In this document: piece after piece, positions 25,944 through 39,483 of the stretch
Layout: every line of letters begins with the position of its first letter
Position numbering within the stretch: the stretch's first letter is position 1
NCBI GenBank assembly: GCA_964187785.1
Contig: OZ076409.1
Location: 83,392,001 to 83,456,000, forward strand
Source: Amphiscolops sp. MND2022
Lineage: Eukaryota
DNA length: 64,000 nt
Direction: 5' to 3'
Notes under the pieces: model-generated
The model's input: the letters and a program-made list of their open reading frames with translations, nothing else
Database searches by the model: none
What the model was told of the DNA's origin: nothing
Position numbers and translations under genes: made by a program

Positions 25944-28900
25944 CTAAAAAAAGGAAAACGATGAAATTGGAGCTAAAAATTACGGTTTTAAAAGTTCGTA
26001 GAAATTTCATCTAAATTCAAAATTCAAACAAGTACGTTGATTTTTGATTTTTGAAGAGGACATTTCTCATGGAATTAGCATTGACTAACTATACTGAATT
26101 TACCAGTCGATTTTCCGGTAACAAAAAGAAGTTTCACACTTTAAATTGTAAAATGTTGAACAGGACTAGAGATACTCGAATCAGGTTTTAAATTTTTCGC
26201 TAATTTTTGCTGAATCTCCGGGAAATAGCCTTGTACAAACTACGTTGCATGATACAAACTTGGAATCTTGGGCAAAAAAATCATTTCAGGCCTGAAAGTA
26301 TAGTAGAATGCTATTTAGTGCTAAAGTTCAATGCTTTTCCGCTACACTGTTTTCTAATGCGCGGATGAGATGTCAGAATAATGTTGTGAGAATTCAATTC
26401 TTTTTTCCTGTTCCAACTAAGACGGGGTCAAATGATAGCGAGCAAATGCAATTGCTGCTTGTTACATCCAAGTAGTAATTCATATCACTGGCTATAATTG
26501 TATCGCTACTATTACCAGTGGATACATCCAGAATGGCAGGGATTATCGGATCCGGTCTAAAAGGGCCCTGTTCGGTCGGGAGGGGAGGGGTAGAAGAGGA
26601 AATTTGGGTATTAGGAGTTTTCCGACGTGGCCCTATGTGGACATAGTATTGGTGGGAATTGCAGGAAGGCAGATGGAATTGAAAGTGACAAGAAATGTCA
26701 ACATAAAATAGAAACTTTTTAATTATGTGTCGCAGCCAATTTTCGTCAAAACAACGGCTTGCAGTAGCATTTACAAGTTATAGTAAGTTAATACAAGGGG
26801 CGCTCAGTCAGCTTGCTGGTGCAGGGTATAATACTTGATACAGTCAGGGTAGTTTGATATACTACTGACGGAGCAACGGCGTTCTTGGGGTATGCTGTGG
26901 TGTGCAGTGCCTTGGAGTGGAAGAGTGGAAAAATTGCTCATTGTGCCAATTATCCCCCGTGAGTTTTATCAGCGATTTAATTTGGATCATAAACCGCGTT
27001 TGGGAGAGAGGAGAAATAACAAAACATTGAAAATTAACAGCAACGTGTAATCGGATATTGCTAATTGTATCAGATTTACGGGACCCATTACCTTTCCACA
27101 ACAACAACTTATCCCTCGCAAAACATTTCCCGCTAAATCATTTCTCCTCGGGCGGGCAGCCAAAGTAATTCCCAGTGCTAGCCAGCTGGGGTAACGTAAA
27201 TATGAATGTTTGTTACACTTTGTTAGCTATAGTGTATACTTGTGTGCCCAGACCATTCATACGGCTTGTATGTGATAGGGCTACTAAAGCATGCAGTATT
27301 TGTGAAAAGATTAATGAGATCGAGCTTTTGTTGAAAGATTTCAGGCGGTTTTGAAGGACACCGTTTACGTTGTCAAACGCAGCGCCTTCATTGCTAAATT
27401 CTAACTTTCGCTTCCGTAACTAAAACTGAAGTCTCGGCCGAAAATTTAATGGTTCTATTTTCGAAAAATGGGAGGCTTTGGCAAGATTTTGATAAATAAT
27501 TTTGTTAAACGGTGGATACAAACTGATTTATTTCGTTTCATGTCAGTGCTGCATTTATCAACAAGGATTCTAACTTAGCCACTTTGGGCAAAAGCCACAG
27601 GCCGTGAGTTTATTTAATTTAGCAGATTAGCCTGAAATCTTTCTTGAATTACATGCAATACGGTGACCAATGTTTGCGTGCCAGCACCCATAAAAACACA
27701 CCGCCTATTTTAGCACAACAATAATACAGACAACTATTGCCAACCCCCAGACTCGTCAGATCCAAACATGTCCGGCACGCGAAATTGGCTGCCGCCGTCC
27801 AAACATACCAATCTCCGCAGAGACTGGATAAGTTAAACAAATGTTTTCAAACTCTCAAATACACACCAGATATAACACCAAACACCTCCTAAAGAGTTGC
27901 GAGGCTTGAAACCTTGGTCTGGCTTCTTTTGGATCACAAACTTACACCCGAATTAACGAACCCTCTTATCCCCCTTTAGTGTAGGGTATAGTGGAAAACC
28001 TGAGGGTCAGGGTAAATTGTTGCTAGGCACTATGGGTGGTTGCCTATATGAGGGTTTAAGAGGGTTTTATATAGGAATGCAGACAGAATTGAGTGAACAA
28101 ATATATCTTCGCTGCAGCAGTCTTGGTTGGTTCTTATTCCTTATTATATTATATAATATATTTTATCATATTGCAAATGTGAATTGGAATAGAAAGTTGA
28201 ATTGAGTTGCGGAGCTGAATGAAAAACTGACAGTTTAGTTGAAAAGTCTGGAATTTAGATAATTAAAAGGGGAAGAATGAAAGATGGTTTCTTTAGGCAA
28301 CTCGGTCTGTTAGTTAATCAGAAACAGGTTAGATACATTACACAGGGGTTTTGGAGCCTATTGTACGTACACAAAAGAAGCTATTAAGAGGGCTTTGGAG
28401 GAAACAAAAGATTTGGATAATAGCATGAGTTATCTTAATGAAAGAAATCTGCTAAATTGCTATTTTTCCTTTTCCTCTCTTTTTAATTCATTCTCGAGCC
28501 AACCGCAATTGTCAAAAGAGATCCAGCATTTCGCAGCCCTATAAACACTTTCAACTCTCCTTGCGAATTGTTCTGTTTAAATTAAAACAGCACTCAAGTG
28601 TTTGCTTCTAAAACCACCCAAATTTATGTTGGAATATATTCACAATCACAGCCTATCTCTCCTTCTCAAAGTGCTGGAATTTCTGGACCATCCTAACCAT
28701 CCTAAACCATCCATGCTGGATGTCCACAATATACATCCACCCTTAATAATCATACCCCCCAGGTCTCTTGTTTCCAGTCCTACTCCTGGTGTTTTAGTTC
28801 CAGCGACATCCCCATTCTGTATACCATGGAAGGACTGTTATCGTAATAATCCTTGACAAGTGAAATGAATGTATCTGGGATTTATTTAAATTGAATATAT

Positions 28901-31166
28901 TTCGTTCCACTTTGGCCAAGAAGGCAATAATTTGTTGGGAAAAGCTGCTCCGTGTCGGTACCTGCATCGCTTCAAAGCCACCTAACGGAGTTATGAATTG
29001 AGGTTTCGTTCACGATTGTTTGATGGGCCAGTTTTATGGGCGGAAATGAGAAAAGATTAGGTGTGGATGGTGGAACAAAGATTAAGGCGAATAGTATATA
29101 ACTGTGATTAAGTTGAATAAGTGCGTGAGGTGTGTCTATCTTTTGTTCCATCGTTTATTAGTTAGTTATAAGCCGACGCGAAAGCTTTTATTAATGCACA
29201 ATGGCAATCAAAATGATAAGGAGTTTACTTTATTGTACACCGAACGCCAGAAACGTGTCATAGGCTATAAAAAATTGTAGCACGTGTTTTCGGGGCGGAT
29301 AAAAACAACAACAAAAACGAGTGTGTGCAAGGCAATCCTAATCAATAAAAATATTAAACAACAAACAATACAAAAGCCAATGTCACTTTTTTTCATTTCC
29401 TCGAACAATGAATCGGTCCTCATTATCTAAAACTCTGACTGAAAAGAAAAATTGCTTAAAATGTTGAAACACAAAAAAAGCTTTATTAAACCCTCTTTCC
29501 GAAAGCAATGAAGTTAAGTTTCCTTATTCCTTTTTGCTATGAACTTTTTTTTGAAAAAAAAACAAATTCCATTGAAAATGATAAGCAAGGTATACTATTT
29601 TTAATGCTGAACGATGCTTTTGATTGAAAGGGACTTATGAGACGTTCATTCATGGAGGTTTTTAGTTTGAGGTTTGAGAGAAGGTGGAGATTTAATCAGG
29701 ACCTGGGACTATTCCGGTGACCGACACAGGAGAAAGAATTTAGTGAAGCGATATTTGGTCAGCATTGTACTGGCTGGCAGTGTGTTGATATGATACGCAG
29801 TAGATGCACTGATGTGATTCTTGGCGGCACGGTTCTTGCGTCGAGTACGGCTGCTGCCTTTTCAGCGACAGTGGCGGCAAAAAAGGAGAATGGACAAAAA
29901 TGGGGAAGCGGGGTTGTAAGGTGAGCAGGGGAGGGGGAGGAGGGGAGACGAGAGAAAAGGTAGGAGAGCCTTTGGTTTTAAGCTGTTGTTATTAAGTGAT
30001 AGGCTAGTAAACGCAATAACGCAGCGGCTGCTGTTTTGTGGGTATTAGCCAAGCTAGTTGTAACAAAGCTGTAGCTTGAGATTCTCAAAAAATAATCAAA
30101 ATTCATAAAAAACGTCTGCACTTGTTTCTAGATTAAGCAAGGATTGTGTGATAAAACGCAGAGCCTTAACAAAAGAAAAGCTCATGACATTTCAATATTG
30201 TCTCGTATTAATTACCAACACACAGCAAAATTGGTTGGTTGCCGCTGCCGCCGCCGTTTTGAAAGGAGGGGCCTAGAAAATAGCCAAAATCGGCCCACTG
30301 ACTTTTATATCATGATGTGTCATAAATTGCAAGACCACTTACAACGCTCGGTTTCACTTAAACACCGGTCTCAGTTAGACCCGCATCGCCCTTATTTCGA
30401 AACTAGCACTCTTTACTGCATCCCTTAGACTCTACAAACTACGCTGTCTGGGTTCCATGGCGTGTTTACGAAGCAGCTCTCGCTCCAGCAGCCAAATTCA
30501 CAGACCTCAGTCGCCGATCGCAGCTCCCGTTTTTCACCTGGTTGCATTTTAAGCACCCCTTTTGTCGCCTTTAATTGACTGAATTTCACACTCTTTTCAC
30601 AACAGGCGCTAACTGCCTTCTAAACAACTCTAATAACCGCTAATTAACCGTCACAACACAAATCACCCGAAATCGATAAAAAAGACTCCTATAATTCTCA
30701 ATAACTTATAGACACCAACGTCGTAATACTCTTCAAACGCGAGGGGTCTTGTTTTTCAATGTTCTTTGAAAGTTTATGTGGCCACGTATAAAAAACATAA
30801 AAGTTGTTTTCTCGCAGGATTTCAGGGATAGTATCCTTTTGAAATGGTAATAGGGACTAATCAGGAAGCGTAATCCTAAACTTGAACAAACTTCGGCTCT
30901 ATTTTTACAATCATTGATAAAAACAGCACTTAACACTGCCGATCAATCAAGCGCGTTTCAGGGTATCGTCACCTAATTGTACCCCGCCAATAAAACTGGC
31001 CTTGTGTCGCGTCGGTGTCTTTGTGTCCTAGCGTTTATAAAACCAACAGTGTTAGTAACGGGATTAAAAGACGTGTTATTTCTAACAACAAGCACTTTAT
31101 GAGCCCAGAATCTTGTTCTTAGACCACTAATAATTCGAAACATAAAGAGCTTAGCATTAAATTTAC

Positions 31167-31686
31167 CTGGGGAAGAATTTGCGGATTGGGAAGATTTTTT
31201 GTTATTTCCGTTTTTGTCCACGCTTTCCAGCGAAGCCAAACCTGTCAGTTGCTGGGAATTAGGTTTCACGCCTTTCGAAGTTTGGTCACACTGCTTCGTG
31301 TTATGACTACCACTGTAATACTTCACGTTCTCGCTAGAGGGCGACGTAGAGCCCAGTTTGTGCATGTTCTGAGACCCATTCATAACAGCCGAGGAATTCA
31401 CAGACGTGGGGTTCGAGTGAGGAGGGCTCGTAGCTAGCTTGTGATTGGCTGACGAGGTTAGGTGGTGTACCGAGGGAAGGGAGTTGGTCTGCGAGGAAGG
31501 TTTGGGGTCATGAGGAGAGGAATTGTTGAATGGGAGAAGCATTTCTTGTTTGATGGAATTAGGGAGACCCGATTGGCCCCCTCCCCCGTTGTTGGAGGTT
31601 GATATTTGCGCGCCACCTGGTGTGTTGGCTGTCGAGTTCGGGTGATTACTTCCTTGAAATGATGACAGTGAAGGTGACAGCACTTC
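31167..31686 (-). CDS. Meis: Meis exon 7, Ser/Asn/Pro-rich linker (EVLSPSLSS...ANSSP)
   Basis: ttcacag|GAA ... CCA G|gtaaat; 520 nt open, GC-richer than flanks; phase 0 in and phase 1 out, as exons 6 and 8 require. Confidence 0.85.
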
Positions 31687-34600
31687 CTGTGAACAAAAGC
31701 AAAAGACACAATCAATGCTTGTTTTTGTCAAAAAGTTCCTGAAAAAAATTGCATACCAAAATTATTTTCGAAAAAATCTTAAAAATAAAAATTTCGTTAG
31801 CAGTTTTCAAAGACTTGAGGCATCAAAAAAATTAGCCAAGTCAGGTTCATGTAAAAGTAAGTCTTTTGAATGACTTTTTATATCTAATGGATTTTAAAAA
31901 TAAATCAAGTTTAAAGAGTATTAATAATAACCTGTTTGATTTTAAAATTAAACATGATAAAATGACGACCGTCTGCTTTTATTGCAACAATTTCGCGACA
32001 ACCAAAACGCAAAGCGTGAAATGGTTTTAGGTTTCAGTCGACTTGGAGTTGGTACAGTGGTTACCGAAACCCCGAGAACGCAGCCAAAAGTTCGAATAAC
32101 AAAAGTGGGAAAAGAAAAGAGAGAGAGAGAGAGAGAGAGGAGTTAGTATAGTAAGGTGCGCGTAAGTGTGACCTGAAAACAAGAAGAATAGTAAGAATGT
32201 TAAGTTGGCTGGAGATGTGAACAACTGAGAACAACTCAGGTGAAGAACTGTCCAGTACAAGAGCCGAAAGCGGAGTGGGGGCTACAGCGGGTAGCAGTGG
32301 CGGTGTGCGGTGTCGTGGCGGGTCTTGGCTCCTCTTCTCAAAGTAGGAGGAGGCTGGAAGGGGAAAATGAGTTGAAAAAAGGAATGAAATTTTGGAGGGC
32401 CTAATTAAAAATAACGATTTCCAATCAAGTATCTTCGACCATGAGCACGACAGGTGCAAACGCGTAACTAGCCTTGAGCGAGAGAATGGGGCATTTTAAT
32501 GAAACTCACATCAATAGGAAAGGCACTCAAAAGCCTAACCCGACCTGTCACCCCCCGTCAGAATCCAATGCCGTTCTTCCTAATTAACCAGCAACTTTTC
32601 TGTGCCCAGAGCTAATACCATACAGGTGCAAAGCAGCTCGATTTTTCCACTAATCAATTTCCACTCATTTCCAAATTCAACACCGCTTCTTTTTCCATCC
32701 GATTTTTTCATCTTTTCCCGCTTTCTTTTCTCACTATAGTTCAACTCAAAGACACTACTCTTCCACTTTTAACTTTAACATTCCAGCACTGATTTCATTT
32801 TCAATTCCTACCTCTGTGGAAAACAGGGTAAAACATGGTTGACCCATCAAAATTGACAAATTTGATTGGTTTCAGACACCTTAATGTCCGAAAAGTCAAG
32901 TGAGTCATTCAAATGCCTCCACGGCTAGCCATGATTTGTTCACACCGCACAAACGCATAACTGATTTCGAATGTCAGTCTAGACATACTGACAGGTACAA
33001 CTTGACCCATAAGAGAAACAGAAAAAGATTTCAACATGAAAAGCGGGCTGTATGTAACAAAAAAGTTGGTGCTTTCACAGTGTTGACGAATTGTCAATGT
33101 CGGCAACAAAGGTGCTTGTCTTGCTCTAACAAAAAGGTCACTTGCGTTTGTAGCCGTGTCTATAGCAGTCAATCTACAAGTTAGGTGTAAATTACAATTG
33201 AGTAAAATTTTAATTTTCCTCTCATTCAATGTGCGTTTGATTTCCTGAGTGTCAAAACAGACAACAAATGACATCCACAACATTTCCTGGCTTGACGACC
33301 AACCACCCGTCACTTTTCCAGATTCTGTTTTCCGCAAATCCTTTGCTTCCATACCTATAGGTGTATATTTCTAACACCTTCGTCGCCGGACATGTATTTG
33401 GTTGGAGTACCCACTAAATTCAGTGCCAGTGTATTTGGAGAGATTCACATGCACGTACTTCGCGATGCCTAGTGATTAACGTTATCGCACAAACAGAGAA
33501 AAAATCCCAAATTTTTTTGTTTCGTATTTTTAAAATGCTGAAAATTTTGCATTCAATTCGATAGAAAGCAGCTGGTTGCTCGGCACTTTTTAAATAGCCA
33601 GATTTTCAAATTTATTGCTACTACGTCAAAAAAATGAAGCACATTATATTTTTTGAATTTTTCAAAAATTTTTATTTCATTTTTACAAGTTTTTCTTCTC
33701 ACTGAGGTGAGAGAATTGACTCACTTTAAAATACCATGGCGATATTTTTTGCGGAGATGCGATCTAAATACGTTCAAAATAGAACCAAATAGAAATGAAG
33801 TTCGGATCCAATTTTTGCATGAACTTTTGAACCCGCAAAGTTGCGTAATCTGATCTTTCTGTCCGATATAGCCAAGAAGTGTGAACAAAGTGTACCGAGA
33901 GATGTGAACTAACAAAATGGTGAAAATGTTCATGTATTGAGTTGATGTGGCTACAGCTAGTTAAGTTGTCATTTTTGTCATGGGTTTTTCTTGCCTGAAC
34001 GGGACGGGGGTATTGATACATGCCCAAATGTACCCCTACAAATTCTAACAGTATAGAACAACACGAGGTATCGATGCGTGGCATGGCACAAGCGTGCGCT
34101 AATTCATAGCAAGCGTTTACGGCGAAATATTGAATTACTAATGTTAACAGGTTAAATTTCATTTGAATGTAAAAGCAAAGTTAATTTGAACTCGGTAATG
34201 TTTAGGAAGTGAAATTAATTCACAATTTGGCTTGGTGCACTTTCACATGTAAGCTGGGGAAAATTGAACGCTTCATTTGTCTCGCCTAACACTGCCATAG
34301 ATCCCAGAGAAATCCCTTGGGACTTTAAATTGTTTTCACAGAAAAGCTCACTGTATTTTTATAATCACAAATTTTCAACTTATGATTTTATTATTCTGCC
34401 AACTTGACGACCATTACAAATGCTGCTTGTTCTAAATATATACATATTTACTAACTATAACCAACTTACATTAGTAAGATACCTGCTGTATCGGATGAGA
34501 TCGTCAATACCTGTCATTAAGTAGACTGCAGTTGTTATAACTGAGACCTACTCACTCCTACAACCAAAATCAAAATGTCGAAACCGCAAGATTTATACGT

Positions 34601-37269
34601 CGTCATGATCGGTGTAGGATATCAATACTAAAGTTTGAAAATTCAAAAAAAAGTCCATGGGAAAAATTTGGACGAATCGGGAAAAAATTTATATATAATT
34701 GTTTAAAATAATTAAATATATTGCCCGGATTCAACGCCACATACGATTGAATGCAATTCCACGCATGGAACCATGTGGTTCCATACGTTAATTTCATGCC
34801 GCTTCCATACATGGAATCGTAAGGCATCATATTGTTCTATGCATGGAATTGCATGAAATCATGACATAATTTATACAATTTCTTTTTAGATGTAACTGCA
34901 ATTTAAACAGGCAATTTGATTCGATGATCCAAAAAATTAATTTTAAAGAGCATTGGTGGCATACACCAATTTCAGGAGCAAGGATAGAGAGTCTTTCGGC
35001 TCTGCGAGATCTGAAGACTTGCATTCACAGACTCAAAGTGTTTGATTTGAAAATTATTGCTTCAAGAGATGTATGCAAAGTTTCAAAAAAATGCTGAGTA
35101 GATACACTATGGCGCCTTGGTGCATATGATATAATTCTTTTATTATTTATTGACTATGGTTGCAAGAAAAGCCACTGAGCAAACGTCATGAAATCAGATT
35201 CTGAGATATTGCAACAAAGGAGCTAGTTGAAGAGAAGGCAAAAACGTGCTTTTTCTGGCGCGAAGCATTTGGTTTATCAATTACATATTTAAAATTAGAG
35301 TTTGCCGAGGCGGGCTAACACAAATTAAGTATCTAGCGCATGGGTCATAAAACCCTATGCAAATACATGCAATCAAACAGGCTTATCTAGGGCGATAAAA
35401 TGATCACTGCTTATTAATTCCGAATTTAAAGTTGCCTTTGCTCACGTTGTCAAGAAGAGTTTTTGAAAGTGAGTTTATGGCAACTTTTGATTCTGTTTAC
35501 AAGTCAAATTCCTCATGGCCAAGTGGTGCCCGCATGCAAATTACGTATTAACCTCTTTGGCAATTATAGAGCCCACCCCAACTTACTCAAACCCACGGCG
35601 GCAGATTAGCAAAGTCGCAATAAACCAGCCACAGACCACTATTTCAGGACCAGGAAACATAAGAACCTCTCCAATTAAATTAGGTCCACCAAAATGTTCT
35701 CCAAATCAAATTAGAAGCGTCAACAGTTCAACAGACGCATGAATTTGATGCCGCTCAATGAGTTTTTCAAGCACAGAAGTTTTTCTAGCTCAGAATGTTC
35801 GATAACATTAGATCATAACATCATTTGAGCATTTTTAAAAGAAACTAATGAATTGCTCAACTTTTATTTCTTCCCACGTGGAAACTCTATCAGAATGGAA
35901 AGTTAATCAACCATTGACTGGTAAACTTGGGCATACAGAAAACGCCAAAACTCAAAAAGAAATGAAAAACTCAAAAAATTCAAAAAAATGAGGTTTCCCT
36001 TTTTTTGCATTTTCGTCGTTTTTTTCCGCTCATAGAGAGGGCATTTTTGGATATGGGATTTAGCAGTATTGACTTTCAGTGATTGTCGGCGCCATTGAGT
36101 ATTTTGTAGAGTATCTACAAGAGGTGTATTAAGTGAGTAATAGGTGTGTTTGTATTAGTATTAAAGCGAAACCGGAGAGAAGAGCAAGAGGGACTTTAGG
36201 ATTTAAATGGATGTCGGATCGATGTTGGGCAGTAGTGGAAGTGGATTTGTGTTGCGGGGTATGCGATTGGATTTCACGCAACATTAAGGGCTGATCTTGG
36301 GTATTTGGCCAATGAAATTGTTTCTAGTCTACTGCGGAGATTGATTAACTATCCATCGAAGCTTAAACAATGGAATGAAGCTTTTAAGATTCTTCATTTT
36401 TAAACATAATTGATGTCGGGCTCAAATCTTAGAAGTCCCGCAGTAACTAATCCGATTGTAAATGGAGAATAGACGACAAAAATTATGCGCAATTAGTGAA
36501 AAAATCGATAGAATTTGAGGCACATAGTTCAAATAACTACAAAACGGTTCTCTACTTTGACAATTGAAATTAAATTATTGCTTAATTTATTTTTCACTTT
36601 CAAAGAAAATGCATTTTATCTTGTCCCGCAAAAGTCTTTGACAGCAAATTGAATTTCAACCCGTTCTTTCAACTACTCCGCAGCCATTGCGCAACCATTT
36701 CACACTTTGCACAATTAGTTTGTAGCTTAAGAGACAATCGCACCACGTGCATTGAACACTGGGTCGCCGGGTTTGTCTGTTCGTCTGGGTCTATCACGGA
36801 CAGCGGCGGCGGCATTTAACGCAAGGGTATTCAAAGAACAAACAACAAAAAAAAAACAAAAGATGATACCAACTGTTGAGAACCAACTATCACGTCTGGC
36901 CATCAGTCACAAAACATAGTCATCATACACTTACATCTCGAAACACCCTTTTTTACGATTAATCCATCCATAGCTTTTGAGACAAAACCTCTGACAAAAT
37001 GTCTTTTTTTGGCAAGATTTTGGACAATTTTTACACAAGTAGGTTAAATAAAAGAGCATGATCTTGATACGTATTATACTTTTGCTAAAATTTATCATTT
37101 TTTCGAAGTGAATGAAAAGAAAGTAACCTTTAGAGGTTTGTAGAAAAACCCCTAAAAACATTTCAGTGGTTTTCTGATGACCAAAAATACCTCAAATGTC
37201 TCAAATGAGTTTTATGTCTGAATTTTTATAATTTTTAGTAACATGACCTAATTTTTAGGTAATACTAAC

Positions 37270-37524
37270 ATTGTCAACTTCAGGAGGAGGGGGTCCGAAT
37301 TCGTCATAATCATTATCGTCTGCTTCTGTGGAAGGGATTCTTTGTGACGTCATTTCTGACCCTGACCCCCCGATGGCCCCGGATGAGGTCAAACTGCCCC
37401 CGGTGCTCGCACTGGTGACGCTGCTGCCTATACTGTCCTTATCTTCCACGATGAGATCCATGGGCATCTTGGTTTTCAGACACTCAATGTATCTTTCACA
37501 AAAGTTGTCACACAGCTCATGCAC
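37270..37524 (-). CDS. Meis: Meis exon 6 ([24 protein letters not shown]...PPPPEVDN)
   Basis: ttttcag|GTG CAT ... AAT|gttagt; 255 nt; second half of MEIS-B. Confidence 0.93.
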
Positions 37525-37559
37525 CTGAAAAAAAAATAAAATTATATCGCTCGATTCAT

Positions 37560-38228
37560 TTTTAGTCGGCGCTTCATGAAGTGAAACGCGACTATTATAG
37601 TGACTCTTTTTTTTTCCTATCCACACGAACTGACCAAAATAGTTCTACAAAATATTTTTGCATCAAAATGCACTATTTGGTCTAGCGAACTGAACCAAAA
37701 AGGTTTTTCCTGTTTTTCCGCGTAACATACCATACCGGGCAACACCAAAGACTCCCGCCCCCTTCCATTTTTTTCGGCACTGCGAGACTTTTTTTCGAAA
37801 AAAAAATTTTTCCCCAAAGGGCCCCCCTGCATTTTTTTTGATGTTTTGCGACAGAATGGATGTTGAAAAATCCCAAAGGGTCCCCCCTTTCAGTTTTTTT
37901 TCGGCATTGTGAGATTTTTTCCCGAAAATGAAAATTTTTGTTTTCTTCAGTTTTTTCATGTTTTGCGACAGAATGGATGTTGAAAAACCTCAAAGGGTCC
38001 CCCCTTTCAGTTTTTCGGCATTGTGAGACTTTAGCGCGCCAGGGGCTCGCGCTAGCGAGCCCCGGCGCGCCACTCGGACCATTTTTTTGAGTATGTAATT
38101 TTTCAAAAAATTTTTTTTCAAAAAATTTCGATTTTCGAGTACTGTAATAGAGTACTTGACACTTGGAAGTCTTTTTGCTATGTTTGAGCCTTGGATATGG
38201 CGCCGACTTGGGCCGGTTCCGGCTTGTT
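37560..38228 (+). mobile_element. Non-autonomous Helentron/HINE-like element, family A
   Basis: Sub-terminal inverted repeat (subTIR) AGTCGGCGC (37564) / GCGCCGACT (38200), then hairpin GCCGG-TT-CCGGC and TTGTT; internal ~115-120 bp subrepeats; T-rich insertion site. Confidence 0.8.
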
Positions 38229-39432
38229 AGAATTTATAATAAATCTACCTGTGTCTATAACAAGCTCCCATTGAAAGAAATGATTTCAACTTTCTGACAT
38301 TAACCATGAAACAGACAGATAAAAACCGTTTTCCAAAGATGTTCTTCACAAGGTTTTCTTGGAGACACTGATTAAACCAGAAGGAAATATGATTTTCTAA
38401 AGAAATTCGGAGCATATCATTCTCACATTTCAAGGAAAGTCTTCAACAGCAGATACTTAAGATTTTTGAGTATTCATTTATTTTGCTGTTCAAGTTTCCG
38501 AAATGAAACAAACTTGATGTTCATCATTTTCGAACATTTTTAAGAGGCACTTGATGGTATTGGCAATTTAAAGTTGGCCCTTAAGCATCTGGGGAGAGAC
38601 CAGTCTTGTTGCAGGAGGATATTGGAAAGGGTCTTGGCGTAGTCGTTGAGAGGGCTGTTTTGAGGAGCTGAGGGGGTATGTTAGGATATGGATATGGCAT
38701 ACAACAAGGTAAGGTCAGGGGCGTCAGGCAGGTATGAGGTATAATGTTCTTGTGTTCCGATGGAGTTGATTGGTAGTGAGCAAGTGTGTATAATGGGAAT
38801 ATTGTGGAGTTGCGCTGCGTCGCCATTCAATTCCAAATTAGTGCTCCCTAAGGAGCTATAAAGAAATAGCGCACAAAAGGGAAAACAACAAAAAAGTCAA
38901 ATTACATTAACTCGTAAATGGCAAATCTGTTATGAGTTCTACAATGCAACAGCCTATCCCTCCAAAAATCCATTTCCACTTTCCTCGCTCTATTGCTGAA
39001 TTTATGACTGAGCTACAAATTGCGCAATCTACTGGCGGCGCAAATAAAAAGACCCCACATTTTGAAACAGTCCACCGACCACCCCAGGCTGTTTTAACCT
39101 CGCGAGTAGAGTGCCTTCATTCTATACTACCGGTACCTAACTCCTACTTCTTGTATTATATTGCCTAACATCATCCACAAAGCCTGCTACTTGTAGATTC
39201 CACCGGTACTCTTTGTAACACTCTCTATACTTAGTGTAGCAGTACCTACTTCAGGTTAAAAAAAATAAAAAAGACCATGAAAACACGTGTGAAGTAAAGT
39301 TGCCACAAATTAGGGTCGTAACTTATTGCGTAATCGTGTCTGCTTCAGCCACATTCTTACATTACTAAATGAATAAACGCTAGCCTTGAAATCTAGGGCC
39401 ATGCAAATGGCAATGAAACTGTGACCACTCAC

Positions 39433-39483
39433 TTTTTCCAGTTCCAAAAGGTGCAGACGAAGTACCTGGATTGCCAGCAACAT
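39433..39483 (-). CDS. Meis: Meis exon 5, MEIS-B (MLLAIQVLRLHLLELEK)
   Basis: tttcag|ATG ... AAA|gtgagt; 51 nt; matches MIQAIQVLRFHLLELEK. Confidence 0.96.

Noticed and set aside
32027..32459. Possible extra Meis exon near the TTTTCAG acceptor at ~32173
   Set aside because: Exons 6 and 7 already join in phase; the frames run through a (CT)n tract and show no Meis similarity.
37617..37993. Lys/Phe-rich ORFs with internal repeats
   Set aside because: Translations of HINE subrepeats, not protein-coding.
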